A DNA stretch of 63,916 nucleotides, filler included, from Octopus bimaculoides (taxonomy: Eukaryota), in assembly GCF_001194135.2 (NCBI RefSeq). It is 9 parts of 9 records of this genome, joined end to end, with 100 filler letters (N's around TTAATTAATTAA, not from the genome) between each part and the next. Parts side by side here need not be neighbours in the genome. Positions count along the whole stretch, not along the records: positions 1 to 12,193 come from NC_068994.1; positions 12,294 to 20,595 come from NC_068981.1; 7 more parts are not named here. One strand, written 5' to 3'. Positions 1-12,879 of this stretch are shown here, one piece after another. How positions within the stretch are numbered: the stretch's first letter is position 1; the number at the start of each line of letters is the position of its first letter. Below the pieces are notes generated by a model. The model saw only the letters and a program-made list of their open reading frames with translations, was not told where the DNA came from and did not search any database. Made by a program: the position numbers and the translations under genes.

Positions 1-19
1 TTAAATAATAATATAAATA

Positions 20-80
20 ATATATATATATATATATATGTATGCATCTCTCTCTCTCTCTCTCTCTCTTCCTCTCTCTT

Positions 81-130
<50 letters not shown>

Positions 131-155
131 GATATATATATATATATATATATAT
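20..155. repeat. compound (TA)n/(CT)n microsatellite
   Basis: Directly visible dinucleotide runs. Confidence 0.95.
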
Positions 156-336
156 GCATATATTGGTACTGGACGTCACGAACTCTAAACGACATGAAAT
201 ACGAAAACAAGCGAGTTAAATACGCAAGCAACGAGAAAAAAAATTTAAAACAGGACAAGTAACACAATGAAGGACCCTCCATCAATTGTCGGATGTTTAT
301 CTACTCATTTCGAGCATTCCACGACAATATGAGTAA

Positions 337-410
337 TAATACTGGGGCATATAAACCCTCGATGGAAAACCCACTTCGTTTCCGTTGAGGGCCTATATGC
401 TCCAGTATTA
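337..410. repeat. short inverted repeat / mini-MITE-like hairpin
   Basis: Arms 338-368 and 379-409 match at 26 of 31 positions around a 10-nt loop; T337 and A410 extend the pairing. Confidence 0.75.
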
Positions 411-474
411 GACTATTTTCTTTAGTCAATACACAATGATTGCTTATAAGCCTTAAAGCTTATATATATATTTA

Positions 475-640
475 TTATTCACACATACACAGACATATAC
501 ACACGCACACACACACACACACACTCAAACGCACACATGCACACATACTCACACACACACTCACGCATACACATACACACACACGTACACACACACACAC
601 ACGTACACACACACACACACACACACGTACACACACATAC
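475..640. repeat. (CA)n microsatellite, imperfect
   Basis: Directly visible. Confidence 0.95.
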
Positions 641-882
641 ACAAGTACCTTTGTCGTGTGTGCGCGAGCGAGCCTGCGTATGTTTATGTCTGTGTTTGTA
701 CCCCACTACTGTTTGTGAACCGGTGTTGACGTGTTTACGTCCACATAACTTAGCAGTGCGACAAAGGAGACGAATAAAATTGATACCAGGTTTTAAAATT
801 AATAAGTACTGGGGTTGTTTTGTTCCAGTAAAATTCTTTACGGTGATGCCCTACCATTGCCGCAGTCTAATGTACAAGAGAC

Positions 883-1043
883 AGCTTGCCTCCCAACCAC
901 ATGGTTCCGGGTTCAGTCCCACTATGTGGCACCTTGGGCAAGTGTTTTCTACTATAGCCTCGGAGCGACCAAAGCCTTGTGGGTGGATTTGGTAGACGGA
1001 GACTGAAAGAAGCCATCGAACACACAAACACACACACAAACAC

Positions 1044-1098
<55 letters not shown>

Positions 1099-1317
1099 AA
1101 CACATGTTTATGTGTGTGTGCGTGTCTGAGTTTGTCTCCCCGTCATCGCTTGACAACCGATATTGGCGTGTTTACGTCCCTGTAACTTAACGGTTCGGCA
1201 TAAGTAGCGATAGAATAAGTACTAGACTTAGAAAGAATAAGTCCCGGGGTCTTCGACTAAAGACAGCACTCCAGCATGGCCGAAGTCTAATGACTGAAAC
1301 AAGTAAAAAAATAAAAG
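883..1317 (+). mobile_element. tRNA-derived SINE family A with internal microsatellite, 5'-truncated
   Basis: B-box-like GGGTTCAGTCCC, internal (CA)n, tail GAAACAAGTAAAA; homologous copies elsewhere in the window. Confidence 0.85.
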
Positions 1318-1929
1318 ATGACGAATATCAAGCTAAAATACAGTGACTGTCCACCTCCTGCTAACTGTCATGCACGAGTTATCTCCCTGTCTTTTAATCA
1401 TTCTTTTAATAAATGTGTTTTGAATCGACTTATGGCTGGGACAACACCTAAAGTCTTTTCTTATATTAAGTACCAGGCTTATATCTGCTATTGTCAGCGT
1501 GTCCATCGACCTCTTGGAGGCAACCATGTTGTTTGTTGTACGTTAGTGTGTCTATATGTGCGATAGCATACTTAAATGTGTAAGCAACTGTATGATTGTT
1601 AGTGGATAACCATACAAGTTATCCATCCATCCATCCATCCATCCATCCATCTAGATACAGCACAACCGGCATGATACTGTTGAATAGGAATGGGGGGGGC
1701 GGGGGAAACACCTCTGTTGCCGAAGCAGATGCCTTCTGGACACGGCTTGGTCAGAAAAACACAGGATAAAGAAAATGTCTGTGGACCATTGATAAGAAAT
1801 TTGTATATCCAATATGCTGATAAGCTTCCGGTTTGATGCCTTTTATTCTTGGAGCAACAGTAAACGCACAAACCCACCCGGAGCAAAGTATGAACATGGC
1901 TACTCGGTGAGAAAATGCAGCTCCTGAAT

Positions 1930-1952
1930 CCCTCCTCCTCCTCCTCCTCCTC

Positions 1953-1984
<32 letters not shown>

Positions 1985-2103
1985 GATGCTGCTGCTATTG
2001 TTGCACATACATACATACATGCATACATACATACATACATACATATATACATTTGTAGATGCATACATACATGCATATATATATATATATGCATATATGT
2101 GTA

Positions 2104-2145
<42 letters not shown>

Positions 2146-2150
2146 CACAC
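1930..2150. repeat. compound microsatellite (CCT)n(ACT)n(ATAC)n(ATCT)n
   Basis: Directly visible. Confidence 0.95.
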
Positions 2151-3059
2151 ATACACACAACCTGAAGTTTTATAAACCTTCTTGTCCATTTCCTCGAATT
2201 TTGCTTTGTGCAAAAACAAGAAGAAATTTAGAGTGGTTTGTGGATATTTGACCTCTACTTCTAGCGTATTAGCGTTGTCTCTCCGGTACCCTTAATTATA
2301 ATTATATACTTATAATTATATACGTAAATATTAATTTTACCGATATGGTGTCTTCTATACGCTGACCACTGGTATAATCATTTTAATGACTATATCCTCA
2401 ATTTATACGTATATATATATATACATATATATATATGTATGTGTATATATATATATNNNNNNNNNNNNNNNNNNNNNNNNNNNNNNNNNNNNNNNNNNNN
2501 NNNNNNNNNNNNNNNNNNNNNNNNNNNNNNNNNNNNNNNNNNNNNNNNNNNNNNNNNNNNNNNNNNNNNNNNNNNNNNNNNNNNNNNNNNNNNNNNNNNN
2601 NNNNNNNNNNNNNNNNNNNNNNNNNNNNNNNNNNNNNNNNNNNNNNNNNNNNNNNNNNNNNNNNNNNNNNNNNNNNNNNNNNNNNNNNNNNNNNNNNNNN
2701 NNNNNNNNNNNNNNNNNNNNNNNNNNNNNNTATTATCTCGCATTACAATAGAGAGGTAATACTGAAATAGTGTAAGAGATAAGAAATTGCTCTGGGCTCG
2801 CATTAGGCAAAAATTTGGAATTTATTTTGGCCTATGACACTGCACAGACATTGGTTTTTGTATTTAACGCCTGTTGCTTTAAGTATTTTATTTCGATTTT
2901 CACTGATGTAGTGGTAAGAACAACGGCATTCGTAGTAGTAATTTCGAATAAAAATAAAAATTGAAGTTTTAATCCTCCGATGGACAGGCAAACATTACAA
3001 AAATAGCGATTCTCACTTTGAAACTGACAATTTTGAAAATCTTTTTAGATTACGGAACA

Positions 3060-3170
3060 CCCCGTGCTCTCATGTATCCATATTTGAAATTTCAGCGTGA
3101 TCGGATGAACAATACTCGAGTTATAAGTGCACAAATAGACAGACAGAACGGGATTTATATAATAGATAAC
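3060..3170 (-). mobile_element. possible non-autonomous Helitron-like 5' end
   Basis: Minus strand reads A|TCTATTATATAAAT followed by CTGTCTGTCT, a pattern typical of Helitron-like short elements; no 3' end identified. Confidence 0.35.
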
Positions 3171-3673
3171 ACGCCTAGTGCAACTAAGTAATCTTGGAGC
3201 TGTAGATACTGGGCTTGGTATTAAAACGTGCCTAGAAAATATCCCCAACGTATGAAACCATTAGTAGCTCATAACTACACAGTGTGTATGTGTATGTATA
3301 TAAGAGTGTGTGCATGCGTGTACACATGTATGTATATATGTATGTGTATATATATATATATATATATNNNNNNNNNNNNNNNNNNNNNNNNNNNNNNNNN
3401 NNNNNNNNNNNNNNNNNNNNNNNNNNNNNNNNNNNNNNNNNNNNNNNNNNNNNNNNNNNNNNNNNNNNNNNNNNNNNNNNNNNNNNNNNNNNNNNNNNNN
3501 NNNNNNNNNNNNNNNNNNNNNNNNNNNNNNNNNNNNNNNNNNNNNNNNNNNNNNNNNNNNNNNNNNNNNNNNNNNNNNNNNNNNNNNNNNNNNNNNNNNN
3601 NNNNNNNNNNNNNNNNNNNNTATATATATACATATATATGTATATATGCACGTGTGTGGATGCATACATAGAT

Positions 3674-3706
<33 letters not shown>

Positions 3707-3772
3707 CATATACACACACACATAGATATATAGATATGTATCACAGCTACTACAAGATGTTAGTACTGCTCT

Positions 3773-3807
<35 letters not shown>

Positions 3808-4224
3808 AATGTGCTTGTATTGCATTATATTTATACATAGACACTCCACAACTGACCAATACGAATATATGAAATAACATGGATGCGACAATTATTAAGG
3901 GAAATAACCCATGACGACTTAACGTGCAAATTACATGAGCCGAGAATAACACTAAATATCTTATCATACTACAAAACACAGACACCAAAGATAAGAAACC
4001 AATCAAAGTTATTAATAACCACAACAAAATTCCTAACGCAGTAAAAAATTTCTTCTTACGCATAAAAAGCTCTATAAGATATGTATGCAAGAAGTGTAAG
4101 AATTTTAAAATTAAATATATAAAAAAATACTTGTAAGAAAATATTTCAAAACAATGAAGGGAGAAAACTGAGGCAAACATTTAGGATCTAAGGGGGAGTA
4201 ACTTTGAGGTAAAGCGAAAATTTT

Positions 4225-4390
4225 ATATCAAATAATCCAGGAAATTTATTGCATTCCGTAAGATCATTTTATTGAAACAATCTTATGATTGATCATTGAC
4301 AATTAAAAAGCGGGACATAATGTAAATGTTGTCCAACATAGTCGTTCTTTTCGCTAGGAAATACTTCATCCAGTGCACCATATTACTACG
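4225..4390 (-). mobile_element. mariner 3' end relic
   Basis: Degenerate WMKYFLAK C-terminal segment and a TIR-like end. Confidence 0.45.
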
Positions 4391-4404
4391 GATTACAATA
4401 TTCT

Positions 4405-4620
4405 TTTCTACTCTAGGCAAAAAGGCCGAAATTTTTGGGGAGGGTGCCAGACGACAAGATCGACTCCACTACGCAACTGGTACTTAATTTATCGACCCCG
4501 AAAGAATGAAAAGCAACGTCAACTTCGGTAGAATTTGAATTCAGCGTGTAAAGACAGACAAAATACCGCTAAGCATTTCGTCCGGCATGCTAACGCTTCT
4601 GTCACTTCGCCGCCTTATTA
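4405..4620 (-). mobile_element. tRNA-derived SINE family B
   Basis: Reverse complement of the family B copy at 27945-28168. Confidence 0.85.
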
Positions 4621-5033
4621 CGGATTACAGTATAAGAAAATTTTAACGGGCAGCCGTTGTGGTCAGACAAGATATATAACATCAGAGTTCGGACTTGGTC
4701 CCAATGCTTTAAGGATTTCATCGACATGATCTAAAAGATGTGTTTGGCAGTCTCTGTCTTAAGGAAAACCATGCTGATTGGAATTTATCAGATTATGACT
4801 CCCCAGGAAGCAAGTTATCCTTGATCTCACCACTCTTTCAAACACATTGATGGTATGGAGACAAGGTTATTGTTTGAGGTTATTATGAACCACAGTAGTT
4901 GTTGATGCTATAAACAAGTTTGCCTGCTTTCTTTTTAGCTGGAAGATCCAAACTCATCTTCATGCGTATACACATATATATATATGTATATATTGTGAGA
5001 TTTCATATCTTTTAAAAAAGTATGATATATATA

Positions 5034-5102
<69 letters not shown>

Positions 5103-5613
5103 NNNNNNNNNNNNNNNNNNNNNNNNNNNNNNNNNNNNNNNNNNNNNNNNNNNNNNNNNNNNNNNNNNNNNNNNNNNNNNNNNNNNNNNNNNNNNNNNNN
5201 NNNNNNNNNNNNNNNNNNNNNNNNNNNNNNNNNNNNNNNNNNNNNNNNNNNNNNNNNNNNNNNNNNNNNNNNNNNNNNNNNNNNNNNNNNNNNNNNNNNN
5301 NNNNNNNNNNNNNNNNNNNNNNNNNNNNNNNNNNNNNNNNNNNNNNNNNNNNNNNNNNNNNNNNNNNNNNNNNNNNNNNNNNNNNNNNNNNNNNNNNNNN
5401 NNNNNNNNNNNNNNNNNNNNNNNNNNNNNNNNNNNNNNNNNNNNNNNNNNNNNNNNNNNNNNNNNNNNNNNNNNNNNNNNNNNNNNNNNNNNNNNNNNNN
5501 NNNNNNNNNNNNNNNNNNNNNNNNNNNNNNNNNNNNNNNNNNNNNNNNNNNNNNNNNNNNNNNNNNNNNNNNNNNNNNNNNNNNNNNNNNNNNNNNNNNN
5601 NNNNNNNNNNNNA

Positions 5614-5935
5614 CAGAATCCACTCTTCATCGCAAGTTACAATACGTTCGAGAAATGGATCGGTCTGGTTACGGAGAAGCAACGAGCAAATTTCATACCT
5701 GCACATTTCCTGATCTCCATTCAAATCTTGTGGTACTCATTTGTCGAGCTTTTTTGAGTTTCTGATTACTTTTCTGGCTAACTTGAAGCACTTTTGCTAA
5801 TTCTCGAGTGGCTTTACGTGGATCTTTCTCAATTACGGTCTTTAATTGACCGTCATCGATGACAGAGGCGTTTTTATATGTGTGCGTTTGCAAGCTGAAC
5901 GAAGTATCTAACAATCGTTAGATACTTTTTAGGAA
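5614..5935 (-). mobile_element. mariner transposase fragment, frameshifted, runs into gap
   Basis: DDGQLKTVIEKDPRKATRELAKVLQVS and RYEICSLLLRNQTDPFLERIVTCDEEWIL; the latter matches the mariner IVTCDEKW first-catalytic-Asp motif. Confidence 0.9.
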
Positions 5936-6600
5936 CGCCAACCTCCAAATCATCTTACTCGATACCTGTATCTATTTTTCTGTTTCTCTTTCTAATTTTC
6001 TGTTTCTTTTTCTATTATTTCTGTTGCTTCTTTTCTTTTTCTCTTTCTCCCACCAATTCTCTGATTTTCTTTTCGTTATTCTCTGATTTTCTTTTCGCTT
6101 TCTTTCTCTCATTTGTTGTATAAGTATACACCTGGAGATATTATGTGCGTGCATGTGTGTGCGTGCACATATATATATGCATTTATATATATTTATGCTT
6201 TGCCTATATTTGTCTGTATATGTATGTAGCCATGTACCAACGCCTGTATGTTTAGTGTATATATGTGTATGTATGGCTAAATGTATATGTATTTTAGCAT
6301 GAAGGGTCTTTTTAAACGGATATATCTTTTAATTTATTTAAATTTATTATTATTTTTTACCACTGATTATTTACTGTGGGTATTCGGGTCTTTTTTCCTT
6401 CTACATAAGTTATTTTTGATTTAAAGTTTTCTTCGATTTTTATAATAATATGATTTTAAACCGCAATTGTAATTTCGTGCAACTGGTTATTGAAAAGACC
6501 GTTACTTTAAGGACCAATGAAGCAAAACCATTTTCAAATGTGAATCTATCAAAGTAATTGTACATTTATGCATATAACGTTATTTTGTTCCATTCGAAGC

Positions 6601-6646
6601 AAAACTGTCCGATGAACGGGAACGTGAAACTCTGAGTAACAGTTTT
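6601..6646 (+). ncRNA. minimal type I hammerhead ribozyme fold, U4C core variant
   Basis: AAAACTGT-CCGATGA-ACG GGAA CGT-GAAA-CTC T GAG-TA-ACAGTTTT: 8-bp stem I, 3-bp stem II with GNRA loop, GUA site. Confidence 0.75.
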
Positions 6647-7029
6647 TGTGATATTTTTGCAACTCTTTCATAAAGCATATTATATGTATATATNNNNNNN
6701 NNNNNNNNNNNNNNNNNNNNNNNNNNNNNNNNNNNNNNNNNNNNNNNNNNNNNNNNNNNNNNNNNNNNNNNNNNNNNNNNNNNNNNNNNNNNNNNNNNNN
6801 NNNNNNNNNNNNNNNNNNNNNNNNNNNNNNNNNNNNNNNNNNNNNNNNNNNNNNNNNNNNNNNNNNNNNNNNNNNNNNNNNNNNNNNNNNNNNNNNNNNN
6901 NNNNNNNNNNNNNNNNNNNNNNNNNNNNNNNNNNNNNNNNNNNNNNNNNNNNNNNNNNNNNNNNNNNNNNNNNNNNNNNNNNNNNNNNNNNNNNNNNNNN
7001 NNNNNNNNNNNNNNNNNNNNNNNNNNNNN

Positions 7030-7069
<40 letters not shown>

Positions 7070-7399
7070 TAGTAATGGAAACCAAAATAATAAATTGAAC
7101 AATTAAATAATTTAATCATTAAATGATAAATTTAATTCAATTTTATTATTTTATACAAGCAAATGTCACATCTAGTAAATTACGCCTGTTTCAAAACCAT
7201 TAATGAAACAAGTTTTTCAAGAATAACAAAATACCATTTTAAATTATATATATATATTTAAACAATGGCTGAGGGATATTTCAGGACATATTTGGTAATT
7301 TAAACAAAACATTAATCTAACAAAACTCAAATATATTTTGATGAAAAAGTGTGCTCATGTTCTCGATAAGCTTTTTTTCTAGATTATTCTGCGAATTTA

Positions 7400-8450
7400 C
7401 CTTCAGTTTTGATTACCATTGCTATGCAGTACCAGCATATCTGATACGGTTGTGCCAAATGGTCTTTATTTTTTTCGGACATCTTCTGGACACTGGTGGA
7501 ATTCAGTGAAACCATGGTATTTGGCGGCTATCAATTACTCTCCAAACGCATTTGTCCAGAGGATTTAATTCTGGAAAATTTGGAGGCCACAAGTTTGGTC
7601 TTACATCTTCGCCAATATTGTCTGATAACCACTCTTGAGTTACTTCGGTTTTGTGAGAAGGTGCTAAGTCTTGTATTGCCCTACACTGCATACCTTACAC
7701 TGCATACCATACCCAAGGCTTAAAAATTGTCTTCAGCACCTCAGTGTATCAAGCACCATTAATTCGGAGACACTGTAAAAGAGATGTAGGTAACATGGTA
7801 TGACATTTCCTTCATTACGCAGCACTCCTAAAGTCATTAAAGTTGAAGGGAAACTCAGTATGGATCACTCTGGGCACATATGAAGAATCTACACATAACC
7901 ATCTGTCATTCCTCCTGTTAGATATTCGACGAGAGCTGAAGCATGCTATGTTCGCGAAAGTTTTTAACCTCGTCAAGTAAACACTTTGCACGGATCGAAC
8001 GGTTTTCCTGCATCTTTTTAGCCATGAATTGGTCTCTCGTCAGTACATACGACTTGTATCGAGTGCCCTCTGCAACTCAGTTCTACTAGTCTCCTCCGAC
8101 TTCTCAAGTTCTTTGGCAATGGCCCCATTGATTTTGTGGGATCATCAGAAAAAAAATGTTTCGAACCCGTTGCCTTTATTGCGATGTCCTTATAGCATCC
8201 GAAGATTTAGAATGTTTATTTGTCTTGGATGCAATTGAAACGTTCCAGTCAGAATCTTCCGAACTTTGTGTACAAAAGATCTTGTAATATTTAGAATGCT
8301 GGCAATTTCTAAATCGCTGTGTTGGCAGCACGTATGGCAACAACGACTGCAAGTCTTTTTTTCTTTTTTATGTTGGCGTTTTGTATGCAATGGTGGATCT
8401 GAAAGAAATAAAAACTTTTTAATGTTTGATGAGATTATTATGCGATAATT
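7400..8450 (-). mobile_element. DD37D/maT-type Tc1-mariner element, decayed
   Basis: N-terminal HSDLEIASILNITRSFVHKVR and C-terminal QDLAPSHK...LWPPNFPELNPLDKCVW motifs. Confidence 0.85.
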
Positions 8451-9734
8451 AAGTGCCTTGAAATAACCTTCGCACACATTATACACACATGCCTAATCCA
8501 TATGCATACACACATGCTCATACACACGCCTATGATTGTATCTGTGTGTGTGCGTATAAATATATACATAGAAGCGCATATATGTATATATGTATGTAAA
8601 TGTCAGTATATGTGTCTGTATGTATGTATAAATATATACATAGAAGCGCATATANNNNNNNNNNNNNNNNNNNNNNNNNNNNNNNNNNNNNNNNNNNNNN
8701 NNNNNNNNNNNNNNNNNNNNNNNNNNNNNNNNNNNNNNNNNNNNNNNNNNNNNNNNNNNNNNNNNNNNNNNNNNNNNNNNNNNNNNNNNNNNNNNNNNNN
8801 NNNNNNNNNNNNNNNNNNNNNNNNNNNNNNNNNNNNNNNNNNNNNNNNNNNNNNNNNNNNNNNNNNNNNNNNNNNNNNNNNNNNNNNNNNNNNNNNNNNN
8901 NNNNNNNNNNNNNNNNNNNNNNNNNNNNNNNNNNNNNNNNNNNNNNNNNNNNNNNNNNNNNNNNNNNNNNNNNNNNNNNNNNNNNNNNNNNNNNNNNNNN
9001 NNNNNNNNNNNNNNNNNNNNNNNNNNNNNNNNNNNNNNNNNNNNNNNNNNNNNNNNNNNNNNNNNNNNNNNNNNNNNNNNNNNNNNNNNNNNNNNNNNNN
9101 NNNNNNNNNNNNNNNNNNNNNNNNNNNNNNNNNNNNNNNNNNNNNNNNNNNNNNNNNNNNNNNNNNNNNNNNNNNNNNNNNNNNNNNNNNNNNNNNNNNN
9201 NNNNNNNNNNNNNNNNNNNNNNNNNNNNNNNNNNNNNNNNNNNNNNNNAGAGAGAGAAACGGAGAGAGAGAGAGACAGAGAGAGAGAGAGAGACGGAGAG
9301 AGAGAGAGACGGAGAGAGAGAGAGAGAGAGAGGGAGAGAGAGGGAGGGAGGGTACGTATTTTTGCTGACGTACGGGGAGACATGTAAACATCTGCGAGAA
9401 AACCCGATAAACCAGTTCATTCAAACAAACATCCTTGTGGTTATTTGTTCTGCCCGTATTGCACCGGCGTTCCTTTGTTACTCTCGTCATTCATTGGTTA
9501 GTGAACCGTTCATTGATTAGTTCGTTACAACAATAATCTAACGAACGAAGCTATTGTTTACAAAATGCAATATAGAATAAATAAATAATTGGAGAGTATT
9601 AGAATACTCGTCGCAAAACTCCTTTGCAAGCGTTGCTTATTCGTTCAGTTGATGAAATATGAGCATTATTGAATTAGCAAAGTCAAACATGGCCTGGGTC
9701 AATAATGGCCAAAACCTGTCAAAGTGACCTGATT

Positions 9735-10150
9735 CATATACAAACATACATACATACATACATGCATACATACATATATACATACATACATACATACATG
9801 CAAACATACATACGTACATGCATACATACATGCATACATACATACGTGCATACATACATACAAACATACATACATTCAAACATACATACATGCATGCATA
9901 CATACATACATACATACATACATGCAAACATACGTACATACATACAAACATACATACATGCATACATACACACATAAATACATACGTACATACATATATA
10001 CATACATATATGCATGCTTGCATACATACATACATACATACATACATACATACATTTATACATGCATACAAACATATATACATACATGCATGCATACATA
10101 CATACATACATACATACATACATACATACATACATACATACATACACACT
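9735..10150. repeat. (TACA)n tetranucleotide array, imperfect
   Basis: Directly visible. Confidence 0.95.
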
Positions 10151-10192
10151 TATAGACACATATTTGTATGCGTGAGAATATATATATATTTT

Positions 10193-10540
10193 GTGTGATA
10201 AGAAGCTTGTTTCCCAACCATGTCGTTCTGGGTTCAGTCTCAATTCGGGGCAACTTGGGCAAGCGTCTTTCACTATAGCTTCGGGCCGACCAAAGCCTTG
10301 TGAGTGGATTTGGTAGACAGAAACAGAAAGAAGTTCGTCATATAATACATCTGTGACAACTGGTGTTGTGTATTTACGTCCCCGTAAGTTGGCGGTTCAC
10401 CAAAAGAGACCGATAGAATCAGTACTAGTCTTAAAAAATAAGCACTGGGGTCGATTCATTCGACTAAAAATCTAAAGCAGTGCCCCAGCATGACCGCAGT
10501 CTAATGACTGAAACAAGTGAAAGATAAAAGATAAAAGATA
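10193..10540 (+). mobile_element. SINE family A copy lacking the internal microsatellite
   Basis: Both halves are homologous to 883-1317. Confidence 0.85.
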
Positions 10541-10674
10541 CATATAACTTAAATAACTTAGATATGTTTCGACCAAAGATTGGCATATGTATGTACGAGT
10601 GTCAGTCAAATACATTCACTGTGTACCTCCTGTTAATGTTTTTATTTTTGATTTGCCTATAGAGTGGCACATCT

Positions 10675-10694
10675 GTCAATCAATCATTCATTCG

Positions 10695-10750
<56 letters not shown>

Positions 10751-10755
10751 GTCAG

Positions 10756-10806
<51 letters not shown>

Positions 10807-10807
10807 C

Positions 10808-10846
<39 letters not shown>

Positions 10847-10871
10847 GTCAGTCAATCAATCAATCACTCAG

Positions 10872-10928
<57 letters not shown>

Positions 10929-10950
10929 TCTATCTATCTATCTATCTGTA
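10675..10950. repeat. (TCAA)n followed by (TCTA)n
   Basis: Directly visible. Confidence 0.95.
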
Positions 10951-11085
10951 TATGTATATATGTGAGGGTAAATGGTCGTAATGAGGAGGTCCTTTCTCTG
11001 TGTTTACTGATCGTGTTTTCCATTTTTTCTCGTTGTTTACATATTACATGTTATTTGCACGTTGGTGACGTCCTGTACCCATATA

Positions 11086-11119
<34 letters not shown>

Positions 11120-11543
11120 NNNNNNNNNNNNNNNNNNNNNNNNNNNNNNNNNNNNNNNNNNNNNNNNNNNNNNNNNNNNNNNNNNNNNNNNNNNNNNNNN
11201 NNNNNNNNNNNNNNNNNNNNNNNNNNNNNNNNNNNNNNNNNNNNNNNNNNNNNNNNNNNNNNNNNNNNNNNNNNNNNNNNNNNNNNNNNNNNNNNNNNNN
11301 NNNNNNNNNNNNNNNNNNNNNNNNNNNNNNNNNNNNNNNNNNNNNNNNNNNNNNNNNNNNNNNNNNNNNNNNNNNATAAAGTAGTTGTATACTGCCAACT
11401 TAACGTGACAGTCCCAATAAGGGAATATACTACTGCTGTTTAGCCCTAGGAAGCCAGACCGCTTCCTATTAGGCCTTGACACATTTCCTGTACCCTTATC
11501 CTTACGAAGGGGAGACAAACTCCTCCACCCAGCCTAGCCTGCA

Positions 11544-11586
11544 TTCAGGGACATGTTTCTGAGTCTTTGCTCGTCATCAGCCTGAA
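11544..11586 (-). ncRNA. minimal type I hammerhead ribozyme fold
   Basis: Minus strand TTCAGG-CTGATGA-C GAG CAAAGA CTC A-GAAA-CATG-TC-CCTGAA: 6-bp stem I, palindromic ACATGT stem III, GUC site, C.A mismatch at the base of stem II. Lies in a small element at about 11390-11640. Confidence 0.8.
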
Positions 11587-12293
11587 GTAGCACGACCGGC
11601 TAGATGAAGAAATCTGTTTCACCTTCGTTGCATGTTTCGTTATATCTGGGAATACATTCCCCATTGTTTCCCACTCGGTTTTAAGGCAAAAGAATGTAAT
11701 TGGAGGGAGATTTGACTGCTGTTATTGTAGCCTATAACAGTAGTCTATTATGTAGCAGTTACTGCCTTCAATGGCCGCCCACACCTAACATGTTCAACCT
11801 TCATAATATTTAGGTATGTCTGTTTTATATCTCGTGTGTTTGTTTGTTTACATTCTTGATTGATTAAGTGTCCTTTCCAATATTCCAGAAACTACTCGAC
11901 CAAAGAAATGCAAATATTTTATCGATGATTACGAAGAAAAACAAGCAAAAGCGACACAAAAAAAAAAAATGGTTTTGTTTGTTTCGGGAAATTTCGCCTC
12001 TTCAAAATTATTGGATTGTGATCACGGATTCCTGATCTGATCATCATGTCGTAATATTCTGAATAATATATTGCTTATACAAAAATCAGACGTCAGTTAC
12101 ACGGAAAATGAAATAGAAATAGAGATATACAAGTATCTAAAATTAAATGAAGGTGGTGAGCTGGCAAAATCGTTAGCGTGACGGGTAAAATGCNNNNNNN
12201 NNNNNNNNNNNNNNNNNNNNNNNNNNNNNNNNNNNNNTTAATTAATTAANNNNNNNNNNNNNNNNNNNNNNNNNNNNNNNNNNNNNNNNNNNN

Positions 12294-12328
<35 letters not shown>

Positions 12329-12879
12329 TTTTATTCTTTTCCTTGTTTTAGTCATTTGACTGTGGCCATGCTGGAGCACTGCCTTTTAATAATGCTGTGT
12401 CCCTGATATATATGTCATTCCAAATGTGATAATTTCCATCTATTTAAATGCTTTTTGTAATAAACACACACTTAATTTTAATGGCTCCGAGGAAGCTATA
12501 AGATGTTGCACAAGCACTCACTTATGAATGCACTACTTCTTAAAGTAAAAAAAGCTGTAAGTTAATCAAGATGACTATGTAATTTCTGTTCCCTTATCAC
12601 TTAATAATTAATGTGTGTGATGTGCATGTGCATGTGCATGTGTAGGTATCTGTGTATGTATGTGTGAGTGTGTATATGTGCATGTATTCATAACTAAATT
12701 CATTTATCAAAAAAAGGTTGACAGGTCAAATACTACCATGGCAATACCTTTAGTGTTGTATAAGAAAAAAAAGTATTGTCCATAAACAAGTGAGAATACA
12801 ATAAGTGATATCAGAATGTTCAATATACAACATAAATAGTTAAAAGTTTATGTATTGCAGAAAAATATAGAAGATGGGA

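Noticed and set aside
1700-1750. 34-nt minus-strand candidate exon PCPEGICFGNR
   Set aside because: Good pyrimidine tract but weak donor and no partner exons; too short to support.
12238-12249. TTAATTAATTAA islands inside N runs (also near 20640, 23535, 33067, 35519, 42968, 48109, 56852)
   Set aside because: An identical 12-mer with stops in all six frames, always centred in short N runs: an assembly spacer, not biology.
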